Origin: Parasitella parasitica NRRL 2501
Taxonomy: Eukaryota; Fungi; Mucoromycota
Direction of reading: 5' to 3'
DNA: 64,000 nt
NCBI GenBank assembly: GCA_025201805.1
Contig: MU619247.1
Coordinates: 156,103 to 220,102 of the forward strand
How positions within the stretch are numbered: position 1 is the stretch's first letter; each line of letters begins with the position of its first letter. The position numbers and the translations under genes were made by a program. Shown in pieces: positions 1-12,544 of this stretch. The notes beneath the pieces were generated by a model. It saw nothing but the letters and a program-made list of their open reading frames with translations, was not told where the DNA came from and searched no databases.

Positions 1-98
1 CAGTTATTTAAGATATTTTTTTAGACGGGTGTGTTTCTTTTTTAAGCGAACTTAACTTTTATTTAGATCTTTCACTTTTAAAATCTAAATAAAATACA

Positions 99-840
99 AT
101 GGATTTCATTCACTACAACCCATCTGAGTACCCTCTTTTGGCAAACGATGAAAGCACCGATGAAATGGATTTTAGCGACCTAGCCATTCAGTATGGAGAA
201 GTCCAGATGTTGATCGACATGGACATAATCCCCATTCCTGAGCTTCAGTCATCTGAAATGGAGGAAGTGATGGAAAATCTTGTTGAAACTTTTCAAGAAG
301 TTACTATCAAAACACCTGCAAAGTATAAGAAATACGGGGCAGGATCAAATTGAGCGGTTCATTCGAATGATCCAAGAGGAGGGACTAACAGTACCAAAGG
401 CAGCAGAGCAATGCGGTATACCCCGCAGCAGTGCTTACAAACTGCTAGATGAGTTTAACGCTGGAGACGGTTCTATACTTCCTGGCAATATTCCTAAGGC
501 ACTTAAGCGAGGGCCAAGAAAAACTGTTTCCACAACATTCAGCCTTCTTGATTGAGTTATTTGATAACAACCCTTCAATTGTTCTTGAGGAGGCAAGACT
601 AAAGTTGTGTGAACATTTTAATGGTCTTGAAATATCTATTCCTGGCCTGTATAAACATATCCGAGAAAAGTGTTCAATATCGCTCAAGCAAGCTACAAAA
701 TACACTGTGGAGCGTGATGCTCCAAGAACTCTCGAACTTCGCTTCAATATAGTCAATCAATGGAAAGCCGCAGGTGTCAGTTTTAGTGAAAATTGCATCT
801 TTGTTGATGAGGCTGGCTTCCACTCACAATTAGTGAGAAG
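99..840 (+). mobile_element. Tc1/mariner-IS630-like DDE transposase, frameshifted and 3'-truncated
   Basis: Three ORF pieces join via two apparent 1-nt insertions in homopolymers (gggg ~338, aaaaa ~519): KYKKYG/QDQIERFIRMIQEEGLTVPKAAEQCGIPRSSAYKLL (HTH), a second helical region, then FSENCIFVDEAGF (first catalytic D motif). The sequence switches to RT right after, at ~841. Confidence 0.85.
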
Positions 841-2280
841 CCTCTTGTTCTTGCGGACCGTCCAAATGCAACAGACTTTGCACCAACAATTACATCACTA
901 CTATATGCAGATGATGTGGTATTGATAGCACCAGCAGCCGAGATGCAGTCCCTATTACATCTCTGCGAGGAGCATAGTCAGAGGCTAGGCTACCGCTGGA
1001 GTCCCTCCAAATGTGTTATTGTTGCACCTACTGTAGATGAACAGCCATATACTCTCTATAATACACCACTATCCCGCGAAGCTTGTTTTTCATACCTTGG
1101 GATCCCCATCAAACCATGAGGCTATGTAGATGTTTCTGCTCTTGTAAACAACAATACTATGAAAGCCAGGAAAGCTATGAACCAAATTGCAGCAATTGGT
1201 GTCAATTCCAAAGGATTTAATCGATTACTTTCAGTTCGTTTCTATGTTCAAATGATTCGCTCCCAAATGGAATATGGCCTTGCTATAAGTGCACGAAATC
1301 TTGGACACTTCAAAAAACTTGAAGCTTGTCAAAATGAATGTATTCGACGCATTCTCGGTGGTTCCATTAAATCTTCTACAAAAGTCATGTTGCATCTGGT
1401 ACAACAGCCATCAATGACAAACAGGTCTAGGACCCTTCAAACTAAATACAGCATTCGCTCCCTTGATTTGCCCGATGATACACTACTTCAGCTATTACTT
1501 CCACATATCCAAACCTCGGCCAGCCGTTCTAATTGGTACAAATTGACTAGCAATCCACTATGGAAAGAATGCGCCCCGATTATTGATGATCTTGATCAAC
1601 GTACTTTCAAAAGACTCAAACAACAGTTTCTTGAAGATAGTTTTGAAACCCTTTGCGCTGGCACAAACTCCAAATTGATATCTGCCTGCCGCCCAGAAAT
1701 GATTATCGACCCAATTCTTTTTTTGCCGATGACAAATATCGAACGTAGTCAAGTCCTCCGTTGGCGCCTTGGTTGGTTGCCTGGTGGTATTCCTAGTCCC
1801 TGTATATACCATCCTTTTGAAAACTTTACTCGTAAGCATGCTATCGAATGTCTTCATATGCACAGTCGACTACAAATGCCTCTATCAGTTGATGATCCGC
1901 TATCATATTTATTGAATCATCTACCTTCAAAAAAACCACGAAATCCCCAGCAAGCCTTCCCTTAGCCGGTTCGTTGGCCTGAAATCTGCAGAATCATGCA
2001 TGAAATGGATCATTTATTTCATGGACAAGTCCCTCCTTCTACCCCACAAGATCCTGGTGCCTCTATGGTGAATTGGTTGCTCGTGTAAAAGTGTTGATGT
2101 CTCTTTGCTCTGTTCCTAAATCTCTTTTTTTTTTCTAAATACTCTTATACTTTTTTCTTTTTCCTTCTTGTCTTTTGGGAAGGTTTTTCTTTCATATAAA
2201 CTACGCGATCTGACTAGGGCAATGCACCAGATGAGAAATGCTATGTGCCCACAGTCATTTAATTATTTTTATGTAATAAA
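841..2280 (+). mobile_element. 5'-truncated non-LTR (LINE) retrotransposon: RT C-terminal half plus 3' UTR, pseudogenised
   Basis: One frame from 841 reads ...ITSLLYADDVVLIA (YADD), WSPSKC, FSYLGIP, then C-terminal RWRLGWLPGG and CIYHP..HAIECLHMH. In-frame stops at 1117 and 1963; ORF ends TAA ~2088, followed by T-rich sequence and AATAAA ~2275. Confidence 0.88.
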
Positions 2281-2409
2281 ATTCTTCTTTAATCATATTC
2301 TGTTGTGCTGGATATTGATTGCCCGCTTGATCTGCAAATGTAATTGAAGCAAGCCATCCCTGTCAAGTCCATTGCATTTTCTTTTCTTCAAAGTTTCATT
2401 TATATCAAA

Positions 2410-3365
2410 ATGGCCTCCCAATTGTTCCGTTCTTCTATTCGCGCTATAGCTCGTCCATCTCTCGTAAAGAATACTATTAACCCTATTACTGCTTCTCGCA
2501 TGCCTACTGTTGCTTTCAATGTAACCCGTTCCTTCTCTGCAGCTATTCCTCGCTGGGGCAATGGTGCTGGTAAGTAGAAAAGTTGTGTTGAATTATAGCT
2601 ACTGATGCCCCAGAGTAGTAGATGCTGATCTTGCCCATAAGTTGGATGAGGAGCTTCAGTACGAAAAATCTACTGAAGAGGCTGGACAACCCGAGTTCGT
2701 CAAGGAGTTTTTGGAAGCCAACTCTTTCGAGGTAGGTCAAGTTAAATGTGGAAATGTTTGTCTGCTAGAGAAACTTAATTTTTTTTCTTTGAAAAAGATT
2801 GAGGATAAGGCTGGTGTGGATGAAGTTACTCTTTCTCGCACTTTTGGCAACGAAAAGTAAGCATAGACTTTGTTGCATGGAACTAGTGACTGATAGATTT
2901 TATTCGAACAGGATCCGTGTCTTATTCTCTATTTCTGATATTAACAACGCAACTCCAGATGAATTTCTTCCTGAAGATGATATGGTAGATACTGAAAACG
3001 AGGAGGAGGATGTTTCATTCCCTGTTCGTGCCTCTGTTACCATTGAGAAGGACGGCCAAGGTGCTGTCACCATTGATACAGTTGCTCAAGATGGTGAGAT
3101 TGCTATTGAGAGCGTCATGTACTACAAGGATGGCAAGTTGGCTGATGAGCAATCTGCTGAAGCTGACTGGCAACGTCGTGGTCTTTACATCGGTCCTCAA
3201 TTCGCTGAATTGGATGAGGGTCTCCAAAACCTCTTTGAGCGTTATCTGGAGGAACGTGGTATTAACACTACTTTGGCCAACTTTTTGCCAGACTATGTTG
3301 AATTCAAGGAACAAAAAGAGTACACTCAATGGCTGCAAAACATGAAGAACTTTGTTTCTGTCTGA
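2410..3365 (+). CDS. MAM33: Mitochondrial acidic matrix glycoprotein (MAM33/p32/C1QBP family), 4 exons
   Basis: R/S-rich presequence MASQLFRSSIRAIARPS; VTLSRTFGNE; YIGPQFAELDEGLQNLFERYLEERGI..EFKEQKEYTQWL; GT-AG introns start ~2570, ~2732, ~2857. Confidence 0.93.
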
Positions 3366-3739
3366 ATTATCTAAAAAAGAGCATAATGGCCGATATTAAA
3401 TTCAACTTTTTGTAATATACTAATAAAAATAAAAAGCATTTTACACATGACAAATGCCCAAGAGCATTATTCAATGAATCGCATTTTTGCCAGTGATAAA
3501 TACATTTTAACCACTGAGTTGCTTGTGTACGATACTCATCCGAACTGACACATCGTATAATGGTATGACGAAGCTGTGATGTGAAACGTAGGACCCCTTT
3601 CAGAGAACATTAGCCAAACAACTTTCAAAGAAAGCAATATTAAAAGTAATTAGCTTTTTGGAATTTTTCACTGACGATTTAGTGCCAATAAAACATTGCT
3701 TCCCTGAACGATACCAGGTAGAAGAAAAATATGCAGTGC

Positions 3740-4270
3740 AAAGAGTCAATTTATTTGGAATTTGATAAATCCCACATCAAAAGTAGTAATCAATGCATGA
3801 GATGTAGAAGTAACTCACAAAATATGGTACCATATAACGTGTGATGATACGCTTTTTTATGGAAGGTTGAATAACACCTCCATGAATGAATACATATAAA
3901 CGCCAATAGGGCTAAAAACTATCTTTACATTCAAAGAACATTAAAAAGACATTGAGAGCAAATTTCACAAATGGGAAGTAGAGTCTCTGTGACACTTGGT
4001 ATTTTTGAGAAGTACCATTTGGACAGAATAATCGCTTAGTAAAGCCTCTAAGAAATTAGCAGTATATGTTTTAAAAGAGCATTGCCTCTAGGAATACAAG
4101 AATAGCATTGCTGTGTTGTCAAAAGAGGTAGAGAGGTTAGCTTGAAGACATTAAAAGACCAGCACTTTGACAAATTTTGATGGACTAGTCTCTTGGCTAT
4201 GGTTCGAGTAGAATGTCGGGCGACATTTAACCTTAAACCCGATCAGGAACGGTTGTTGCTATGAAGACTA
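3740..4270 (+). mobile_element. Highly decayed coding-like relic, possibly a MULE-type transposase
   Basis: Interrupted translations NPTSKVVINA*DVEV..IWYHNV and F*WTSLLAMVRVECRATFN loosely resemble the second-D and CxxH regions of MULE transposases. Weak. Confidence 0.25.
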
Positions 4271-4614
4271 TAGTAATGATCATAATATTCTCTGGATACA
4301 ATAAATCTATCTCCAAGAGTGTGGCAACATTAGTGAACATAATGCATTATTACTCCTTTTATACGTTGATTTTAAAGAGTGCATTTTATTCTGTGCAAAC
4401 TATATTATAGAGGGTCTTTATTGAAGCAGGCTTTAATCCTCTCAAGTCGCTAAAGAGAACACTATGATCAAGACAAGGTCTCTACCGTACTCATCTAAGT
4501 GTTGCCATATTCATCTTTTTGGTAAAACTGGAAGTTAATTCAATTAATGTCTTTTCAAAAACTGCGCAAAATTAAATTAAGGTGTGCAAAAAAAAAATAT
4601 TTTATTGCTGTTAG

Positions 4615-5106
4615 TGTCTTTTTATTGGAAACATGATGGTAACTTGCAGTTTGTAAGCAATTAATTTGTAATCGAAGCCTGCAAACTTCACCCTGAAGAT
4701 TTCATGGGCAAGAGCAATCCTTCTGTGTAAGTATCAATGATATGATTGTAATATAGCAGTACTTGAGAAAAGTTAATATTTAATATCATAGTACTGTAAA
4801 TTGTGGATTGATGATGATCGCAAGCCAAAAACTACTGTTACTGAAAACAATAATAACCCCGTATGGGATCAAGCTTTTATTTTCGACTTGAATGAAATCT
4901 TGTAAGCACGAGTTTTATATCAAGGTCTTGGATAAGGATAAGATTGGTATTGACAAGATTGGTTTTGAAAAAAGTGGAGATGTTAAATTTGATTTAAAGA
5001 CGCTTTCAATGGGTTTCCTATTGATACTTAGGTCAAGTCGCCCGCCAAAATGGGCTTAAGCAGCCACGGTGAAGTCTACATCTTCGTTAAAGTTGACCTG
5101 TTTTAA
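4615..5106 (+). pseudogene. C2-domain protein pseudogene (absent from ORF track)
   Basis: Manual translation: VIEACKLHPEDFMGKSNPS /intron ~4727-4790/ YCKLWIDDDRKPKTTVTENNNNPVWDQAFIFDLNE /frameshift/ KHEFYIKVLDKDKIGIDKIG /frameshift/ AFNGFPIDT*VKSPAKMGLSSHGEVYIFV. Matches C2 motifs (KT..V..N.NP.W...F.F; V.D.D.IG.D.IG). Confidence 0.75.
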
Positions 5107-5663
5107 ATAACTCAGTAAAATAGCCTATCATCCTGACTTTTTATTTATTAGGTTGATTTAAGTGCTGAACATGTTCACTCATTTTCTAGATAACTTTTAA
5201 TCAGTTTTATTTTCAACAGATCATTGAAGTTATACTTGAGAATATGGTTAACTTCACGTCATTCCACAAGAGAATAGAAGTGACCTTAGGCGATCATTCG
5301 ATTTGAGGCTTACCTAAGACTACATAAACGTGATTCCCGAGTGAGTCAAGTAACAGGAATTCTCTTTCACACATATGCTGTACGAATAAGTCGAGCTCTT
5401 CTATTGCAAGTCCAACCAAACAGAAACATTTTCGATCAACAATAAAAGCTGAGATTTATTTTTTTATATGATGAATTTACTTGTATTAAAAGAATACAAG
5501 CTTAATGGTTTTTATCTATAAGAGGTATACATAGTGTTTTTGGATTTCTACATACGAAAGCAATTGATGCATATTGGATTGGCTTGAATAAGATGCGGCC
5601 CAGCCGAAAGATAAGTTACCATTATAAGCAGTTAAATTTGTAAAGGGAGAAAAATGGTGCCAG

Positions 5664-5852
5664 TTAGATACCTCCACCAGATCTAGAGACATCGACACCC
5701 AACCCTTGATTGTATTTTTTCCATTCAGCACTAGTTTTGCCTATGTGAGCTTGACCAGGTTTAGCATTAGAGCGAATATAAGTAGCATAACCAGCAAAGG
5801 AGGTAACAGGGACGAGGACAATAGAAGCGGCACGGGAAGAAACAGTAAGCAT
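5664..5852 (-). CDS. 62-aa small protein with N-terminal hydrophobic segment and C-terminal VDVSRSGGGI
   Basis: ATG in AAAATG context; codons skewed to T/C-ending as in the highly expressed genes here; TATAAAAA at 5907-5900; pyrimidine- and CAAT-rich leader; lies alone in intergenic space. Confidence 0.65.
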   Translation of the reverse strand: MLTVSSRAASIVLVPVTSFAGYATYIRSNAKPGQAHIGKTSAEWKKYNQGLGVDVSRSGGGI

Positions 5853-5899
5853 TTTGAGAAACTTGATTTGATTGATTTGATTGCGAAGAAAAGCAAGCC

Positions 5900-5907
5900 T
5901 TTTTATA
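5900..5907 (-). promoter_or_regulatory. TATA box upstream of the 62-aa ORF
   Basis: TATAAAAA on the minus strand, about 50 bp upstream of the ATG at 5852. Confidence 0.5.
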
Positions 5908-6305
5908 CACTTGACAAAAAAATGTCAAAGGCGTGCCCTGGCATATTGTAACAACTAATTTGTTCCTATGACGTTTTGATGGCCACCGATATAGCTCGGA
6001 GCACTAATAAAAGTTGACACTAAGCTTATCTGTAACTAATATAGTTAACATCATACACTTGCAATTTATTACCTGGTGCACACTAAAACAAGGGGCACAG
6101 AAACCTTGTCAAGAATTGAAAACATATACCGGTATCTATTTTATTATCTTTGTAATCTCTTGTTTTTTTCATTTTTATTTTTTTAACATGCATTATAACA
6201 TTGCAATTTTAACATCCTGATCGCTTATCATCTAAAGGCCAAGTTTATAAGACATAAATTATTTTAGTATTCCAATTTGATGTCTTTGATTATACAGCTA
6301 ATATA

Positions 6306-7239
6306 TTAAACTTGGCCGTCTGCAGAGAAATCGCCCTCCAATCCCGGTTCAAGGATAGCGGCGTGCCCCAAAATAATCATAGCAGCAGCTCCTACATTTT
6401 GCTCTCAAATATTAATGCCGTGCACCCTCGAAAAGGTTAAAATGACTCACCTATAATCCAGAAAATGGCACCTGTTGCTCCCGAGAAAAGCAATAAAATT
6501 AGTGAAACGCAAACGTATGTAGCGTACAGTGAAGAAGGCGATATTGCGGCTCCTCCAATAATGAGAGGTCCATCCAAACGAGAAATCAAAAAAAAGCCGC
6601 CAAATACAAAAGCAATAGTAAATACTAGCCACCAACTTGTGATACTAAAACATTCCATCTGCATGAGCCTTCTCTCTCTCTCGTTCCAGTCTCTTTCCCT
6701 GTTTTAACACTTACACAGCATAGATGCCAAGAAGCAAGATGATTACCAAATAATTTGCAGAGAAATGTTGCAGATTGTAGCTGTGAAATACGAATAAATA
6801 CGACATCTTTTGCCACCCTCAGTAAACTTACTTCCAACGCTGACTGATGGTATGAAAATTGGATGTAAAGCTGATTCTATTTCTGTCGAAGAAATCACCA
6901 AGAGGTCGAAGATTGGCTAAACGTTGTTCGCGAAACTTTTGAAGGAATGAGAAACGCGCTTCACTAGCTATGTTGGATGCAGCAGCACCGAGGGTCTGTG
7001 CAGTATTACTTGAAAGAAGTGGCGTGGACATAAAGGGGTTCCTAGAAAGAGCAAAAGAAATGGGTGTATACATTCCTTGGCTTGCTTGGCTCGTTTTCTG
7101 TCGTCTGCTCACAAATAGCTCCGCTAGATGTAGTCAAATGATGTGTCATTGATTTAATACTTGACCTGAAGAACAAATCTGTAGATATAGAACCAGATTT
7201 TCTTGTAATAGATGGCTGAGCATACTGAAACAAAGACAT
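6306..7239 (-). CDS. YIP3: PRA1 family prenylated Rab acceptor (Yip3-like); start at 7239 or at internal Met 7031
   Basis: LRPLGDFFD..R..YNLQHFSANY, two long hydrophobic hairpins, C-terminal IILGHAAILEP; GT-AG introns restore the frame; TAA at 6308-6306. Confidence 0.88.
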
Positions 7240-7611
7240 GTATTCACTAGAATCACTGTAATCAGGTAGCCTTTCACACGTAATTCGGCCATCTTATATA
7301 TCAGAGATGCAAATATGTAATTAATCTCTTTGATCACTAATATCAAAGCCCTAAGCAGATGCACTGGTACGGTACATTAGCTCTTCCATAAGAGTTTTTA
7401 TATCAGCTAATACCAGATGCTAGTCTCTGTTTATTCAAACAAGGTAACAACATTCAACATACTGGTCCATTGCATCGCAAATATTCAGACTCTACCAAAA
7501 AGAACCTAATTTTTTTTACAAATTACTTGTATGTCAAGTTTTTTTTATTCTACATAAATAATAGATTGAATGTATAAAAAGTGAGGGATGTATGTACTGA
7601 CTGAAAAAATT

Positions 7612-9450
7612 TTAAGGTTCCAAACGCTTGGGATCACGGGGGAACAAGCTTGAGCGACGAATGTTGCCAAGACCAAGGAAGAGCATGACGACACGTTCCA
7701 GACCAATACCACCACCAGCATGAGGGGGAGCACCAATCTTAAAAGCGTCGATATAAGGTTGAATAGTAGAAGGATCAATTTCATGTTCCTTGGCACGTTC
7801 AGTCAAGTAATCAGCGTCATGAATACGTTGAGCACCAGACAAGATTTCCTCACCACGCAAGAAGAAATCATAAGAGTTGGAGTATCCAGGGTTCTCGGGA
7901 TCAGGCATAGTATAGAAAGGACGAATAGCCAAGGGGAACTTGTCAAGAACATAGAAATCAGTGTGGTACTTCTCCTTGACAAGTTTACCCAAGAACTTTT
8001 CGTTGGCAGTGCTCAAATCCTCAAACTCACCCACTTCAACGCCGGCCTCCCTCAACATATGAATACCTTCCTTGAAAGAAAGACGAAGAGTCTTGGGCAA
8101 GAATTCGAAATCTTCAAATTCATATTGCTTCTTGATGATTTCAATCTCCTTGGCAAAACGTTTCTTGAGGTTGCCGAGCATATATACAAAGAGTTCTTCC
8201 AAAACCTCTAAAACTTCGTGGTAATGTTCATTGAAAGCCATTTCCATATCAAGACCCATGAATTCAGTCATATGGCGGTGAGTGTTGGAATCTTCAGCAC
8301 GGAAAACGGGAGCAATCTCAAAGACCTTGCCAAAATCAGCGGCTATACACATCTGCTTGTAAAGTTGAGGAGACTGAGCCAAGAAGGCACTGGTTTTGAA
8401 ATAGTTGACCTTGAAGACGTTGGAACCACCTTCAGAGGCAGCACCGATCAACTTGGGTGTGTGGATTTCCATAAAACCACGCTCAATCAAGAATTCTCTA
8501 AAGAGCAGGCAGACAGCAGATTGCAGACGGAAGATGGCGTGGTTGGTGGTGGTACGAAGATCAAGGACACGGTTGTTGAGGCGGGTGTCGAGGTTGACTC
8601 TGGGAAGTTCAGGATCTTCTTCAAATGCACTCTCAGGGCGAGTGGCATCATCCAAAGAGAAAGCGAGACGAACATTAACATCAGAAACAACATGAATTTT
8701 TTCGATGGCGAGCTCAGCGCAGGAAATGGTACAGCTCTTGACTTCATCTTCAGGCTTGACAATCTTACCTTCAACTAAAACAATCGATTCAGGAGAAATG
8801 CCGACGCAGAACTTGACCATTTGCTTGGAAATGGTCTTTTCGTCAGCAGCGATGATGCCTTGGATGGTAGAAACACCTTGACGGAAGACAAAGAAACACA
8901 TTTTACCGCCGGTGGCACGAGATGTTTGGACACGGACACGAACGGTGACCGATTCACCTGCACGAGAGGCATCGATGGTAGTGATATTCTCAAACTTGGT
9001 GTCTAGTAGCATCCTTCTTTCAATTTTCAATCCATAAATACAAAAGTAAACGCTTACCGGTACGAGATTGAGATTGATTCATAGGGAGTTTACCATAACG
9101 GCCCTGGTCCTTGGAACAATCCTAGAGGGGGGGAAGCTGTCAATGCTAATTTTTTTTTCTTTCCCATCGTCCTGAATCCTTCCAGCATGATAAACTACTT
9201 ACAACTTGATTGGCCTCTTTTTCTGCCTTTTCGGCTGCAATCTTGGCAGCAACGGCAGCCTTTCTGGCAGCCTTCTCCTTGTCTTTTTGAAGCTTCTTGA
9301 AAGCATTCTTGGTGATTGGCTTACCCTCGTCACTATCTAATCGTTAGCAACACAATTATCTGCTAGTTCCTCTTTCACATACTCCAAGTAAACTTCTTCG
9401 GTCTTTTTAGTGATGTCTTCAACAGCAGGATCCTGCACAGGTTCTGACAT
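7612..9450 (-). CDS. DPS1: Cytosolic aspartyl-tRNA synthetase, 4 exons
   Basis: K-rich N-terminal extension, OB fold, class II motifs [52 protein letters not shown]. Confidence 0.97.
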
Positions 9451-10056
9451 AATGGTGGTTTGTTTTTTCTTGTATTTTTAGAGAAAAGAAATAGAAAGAA
9501 GAGACGCGAAACAGGACTAGGATTTTTGTATCCTGTTGACTCATGGCCAGTCACCCAAATTAAGGCAAATGTTTGGTTGCACCGTTTGCATTTGCATGGT
9601 ATGGATTGAATTGTGTCCGAGTATTTATATGCCTTCAAGAGCAATTCTGTGATGACAAGAAAAATAATGATGCGTTTTAATGGTATGCTAAGATATAATC
9701 TAATGATCAAGTTACTATGTCAAATAAAATCTTAGCTTGGAAATCAGACCAAGCATCGTAATAATGAATGTGGCTTGAGGATCCCAAGCTGCAGCACTGG
9801 ATTTTTTAAGAAGTTCTTACAATAAAAAGTATATGGATATTTTATTACATTTTTGTAATGTTAAGTGTTACATAAAACATTGTCAGTTTGACCAGATTTG
9901 AGCTTTCGAAAACGTTTTCTTAGCGAGGCTCAAGGTAAATCGGAGCTTTGCTGTTCAGCGGCACATTTTGCACTGGTAGTTTCAGAGCTATTGAAAAGTT
10001 GGTGTATTAAAAGGTTCAGAGACAAAACTTAATGACGAAGTTAGCCCAATTGGTAA

Positions 10057-11136
10057 CCATTCTAGGGACTTCGCTGCCAACTGCCAATAGTCAGCAACTA
10101 CTAGCTTCGTATCAAGTGNNNNNNNNNNNNNNNNNNNNNNNNNNNNNNNNNNNNNNNNNNNNNNNNNNNNNNNNNNNNNNNNNNNNNNNNNNNNNNNNNN
10201 NNNNNNNNNNNNNNNNNNNNNNNNNNNNNNNNNNNNNNNNNNNNNNNNNNNNNNNNNNNNNNNNNNNNNNNNNNNNNNNNNNNNNNNNNNNNNNNNNNNN
10301 NNNNNNNNNNNNNNNNNNNNNNNNNNNNNNNNNNNNNNNNNNNNNNNNNNNNNNNNNNNNNNNNNNNNNNNNNNNNNNNNNNNNNNNNNNNNNNNNNNNN
10401 NNNNNNNNNNNNNNNNNNNNNNNNNNNNNNNNNNNNNNNNNNNNNNNNNNNNNNNNNNNNNNNNNNNNNNNNNNNNNNNNNNNNNNNNNNNNNNNNNNNN
10501 NNNNNNNNNNNNNNNNNNNNNNNNNNNNNNNNNNNNNNNNNNNNNNNNNNNNNNNNNNNNNNNNNNNNNNNNNNNNNNNNNNNNNNNNNNNNNNNNNNNN
10601 NNNNNNNNNNNNNNNNNNNNNNNNNNNNNNNNNNNNNNNNNNNNNNNNNNNNNNNNNNNNNNNNNNNNNNNNNNNNNNNNNNNNNNNNNNNNNNNNNNNN
10701 NNNNNNNNNNNNNNNNNNNNNNNNNNNNNNNNNNNNNNNNNNNNNNNNNNNNNNNNNNNNNNNNNNNNNNNNNNNNNNNNNNNNNNNNNNNNNNNNNNNN
10801 NNNNNNNNNNNNNNNNNNNNNNNNNNNNNNNNNNNNNNNNNNNNNNNNNNNNNNNNNNNNNNNNNNNNNNNNNNNNNNNNNNNNNNNNNNNNNNNNNNNN
10901 NNNNNNNNNNNNNNNNNNNNNNNNNNNNNNNNNNNNNNNNNNNNNNNNNNNNNNNNNNNNNNNNNNNNNNNNNNNNNNNNNNNNNNNNNNNNNNNNNNNN
11001 NNNNNNNNNNNNNNNNNNNNNNNNNNNNNNNNNNNNNNNNNNNNNNNNNNNNNNNNNNNNNNNNNNNNNNNNNNCCATTCTAGGGACTTCGCTGCCAACT
11101 GCCAATAGTCAGCAACTACTAGCTTCGTATCAAGTG
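10057..11136. repeat. Identical 62-bp sequence on both sides of an N gap (10057-10118 = 11075-11136)
   Basis: ccattctagggacttcgctgcc...cgtatcaagtg occurs immediately before and immediately after the gap. Confidence 0.9.
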
Positions 11137-12544
11137 AAAAATAAAACAACAATCGTATACTAGATGCCAGTGCAATCAATACTCAAGCAAAGCTTCCAGC
11201 AGCTAGAATCTCTGGTCAGAGTAGGTTCTGCAATATTTGGCTTGCCTACTGAACCCCGAAAGTAGTACACACCATGACATCTCCAACCTGAGACGCGCTA
11301 GTGGTCGTAATCCTGCGAGTAGATCCGATCGAATACGAATGCTTTATAGTAAACTCTAAATTGAGCAATAAAAGAGAGGATTTTCAAAGCAAAGCAAATT
11401 CAGTTTATGATACAGTGATTGAGCAATTGTCAATAAACAGATTAATGTAATTTTTGTAGCCTACCAGTGTTAAGCATTTCCTCCGTTGACTACGAATTAT
11501 TGAGAAAGCCTATGCTTTTTCACAAAATAGTTTTTGAGTTAAAATAAGGTGGTATATAACTGAAAAGCGAGACATAAGATCAATAAACTATTTATTGAAA
11601 GGCTGTAAGTGGATTTCGTGTGATTTAGAGTAAAAAAAGCTTGTGTGAAAAACAAAAGGAACACGCAATAGGTACTATAATAATCATTGAGTTTAAAGTT
11701 ACGATTACGTCAAAATCCCGTAGAATCACTGATAAAGCAAGAGATACGGCTTTTACCTTTTGTTTCTACTTGAAACTTGAATGTCTTTTAGTTCTCCATC
11801 TAATGGTGCTAATCACCAAAGGTTTTGCGTCAAAATGAAGCCATAAAGTGCAAACGTTGGAAATTTGGTTTTTGCAACAAAACTCAAAATTTCTAATAAA
11901 GAACATAAAAACAAACACTTGTATATGAAAAACAAATTGATTTCGCGTGTCTTTGACTTAGAGATCGCATAATGAAAATTGCATTTTGGGGATCAAAAAC
12001 CAAAAAAGGTAATTTCAATGGAAAATGCCTTATCCTTATAGGCAAAATTTGAGGTATTTTTCATGATTCTAAAAATGTGAGAATAAAATGCAGTGGGCTA
12101 GTTCATAGTGTGAAAAATAGGTTTGGCTAGATTTGCGGTTTTGTAGCTAGCTCTAATTACTATAGAAAAGTCTTTAAAGATGTAATTTTACCAAAACTGA
12201 GCGATTTTGAGCGATTGGATGCATATATCTAAGTCATAATTTAGACAGTAAACATCTTTTAAATGTTTCATTGCAGTTACTTGCTACTAACGCTTAGATC
12301 TTAGATAAGTAGGCAAAGACAGATGATAATAAATGTGAGAAATTAAAGCTAAAATGATATGAAGGCTGTTGAAAAAAACGATAATCTTATCTGCGTCAAG
12401 TGCGTTTCTGCATGAATATGTCTAATACGGAACCAAACGTGCGTTGTACTGCTATTAAACAACATCGTCAAAATCCGTCAATTTAAGCAGACGTTGCAAG
12501 GTTTATTGGTATATAAAATAGCACTTGCACAAATACGGTTGTTT

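Noticed and set aside
7720-9006. Plus-strand ORFs of 60-186 aa
   Set aside because: Antisense shadows of DPS1.
10032-11179. Long ORFs made of X residues (also 27850-28605 and 34145-34587)
   Set aside because: Artefacts of translating through N gaps.
11840-12300. AT-rich stretch with a MITE-like texture
   Set aside because: I could not find terminal inverted repeats or a target-site duplication.
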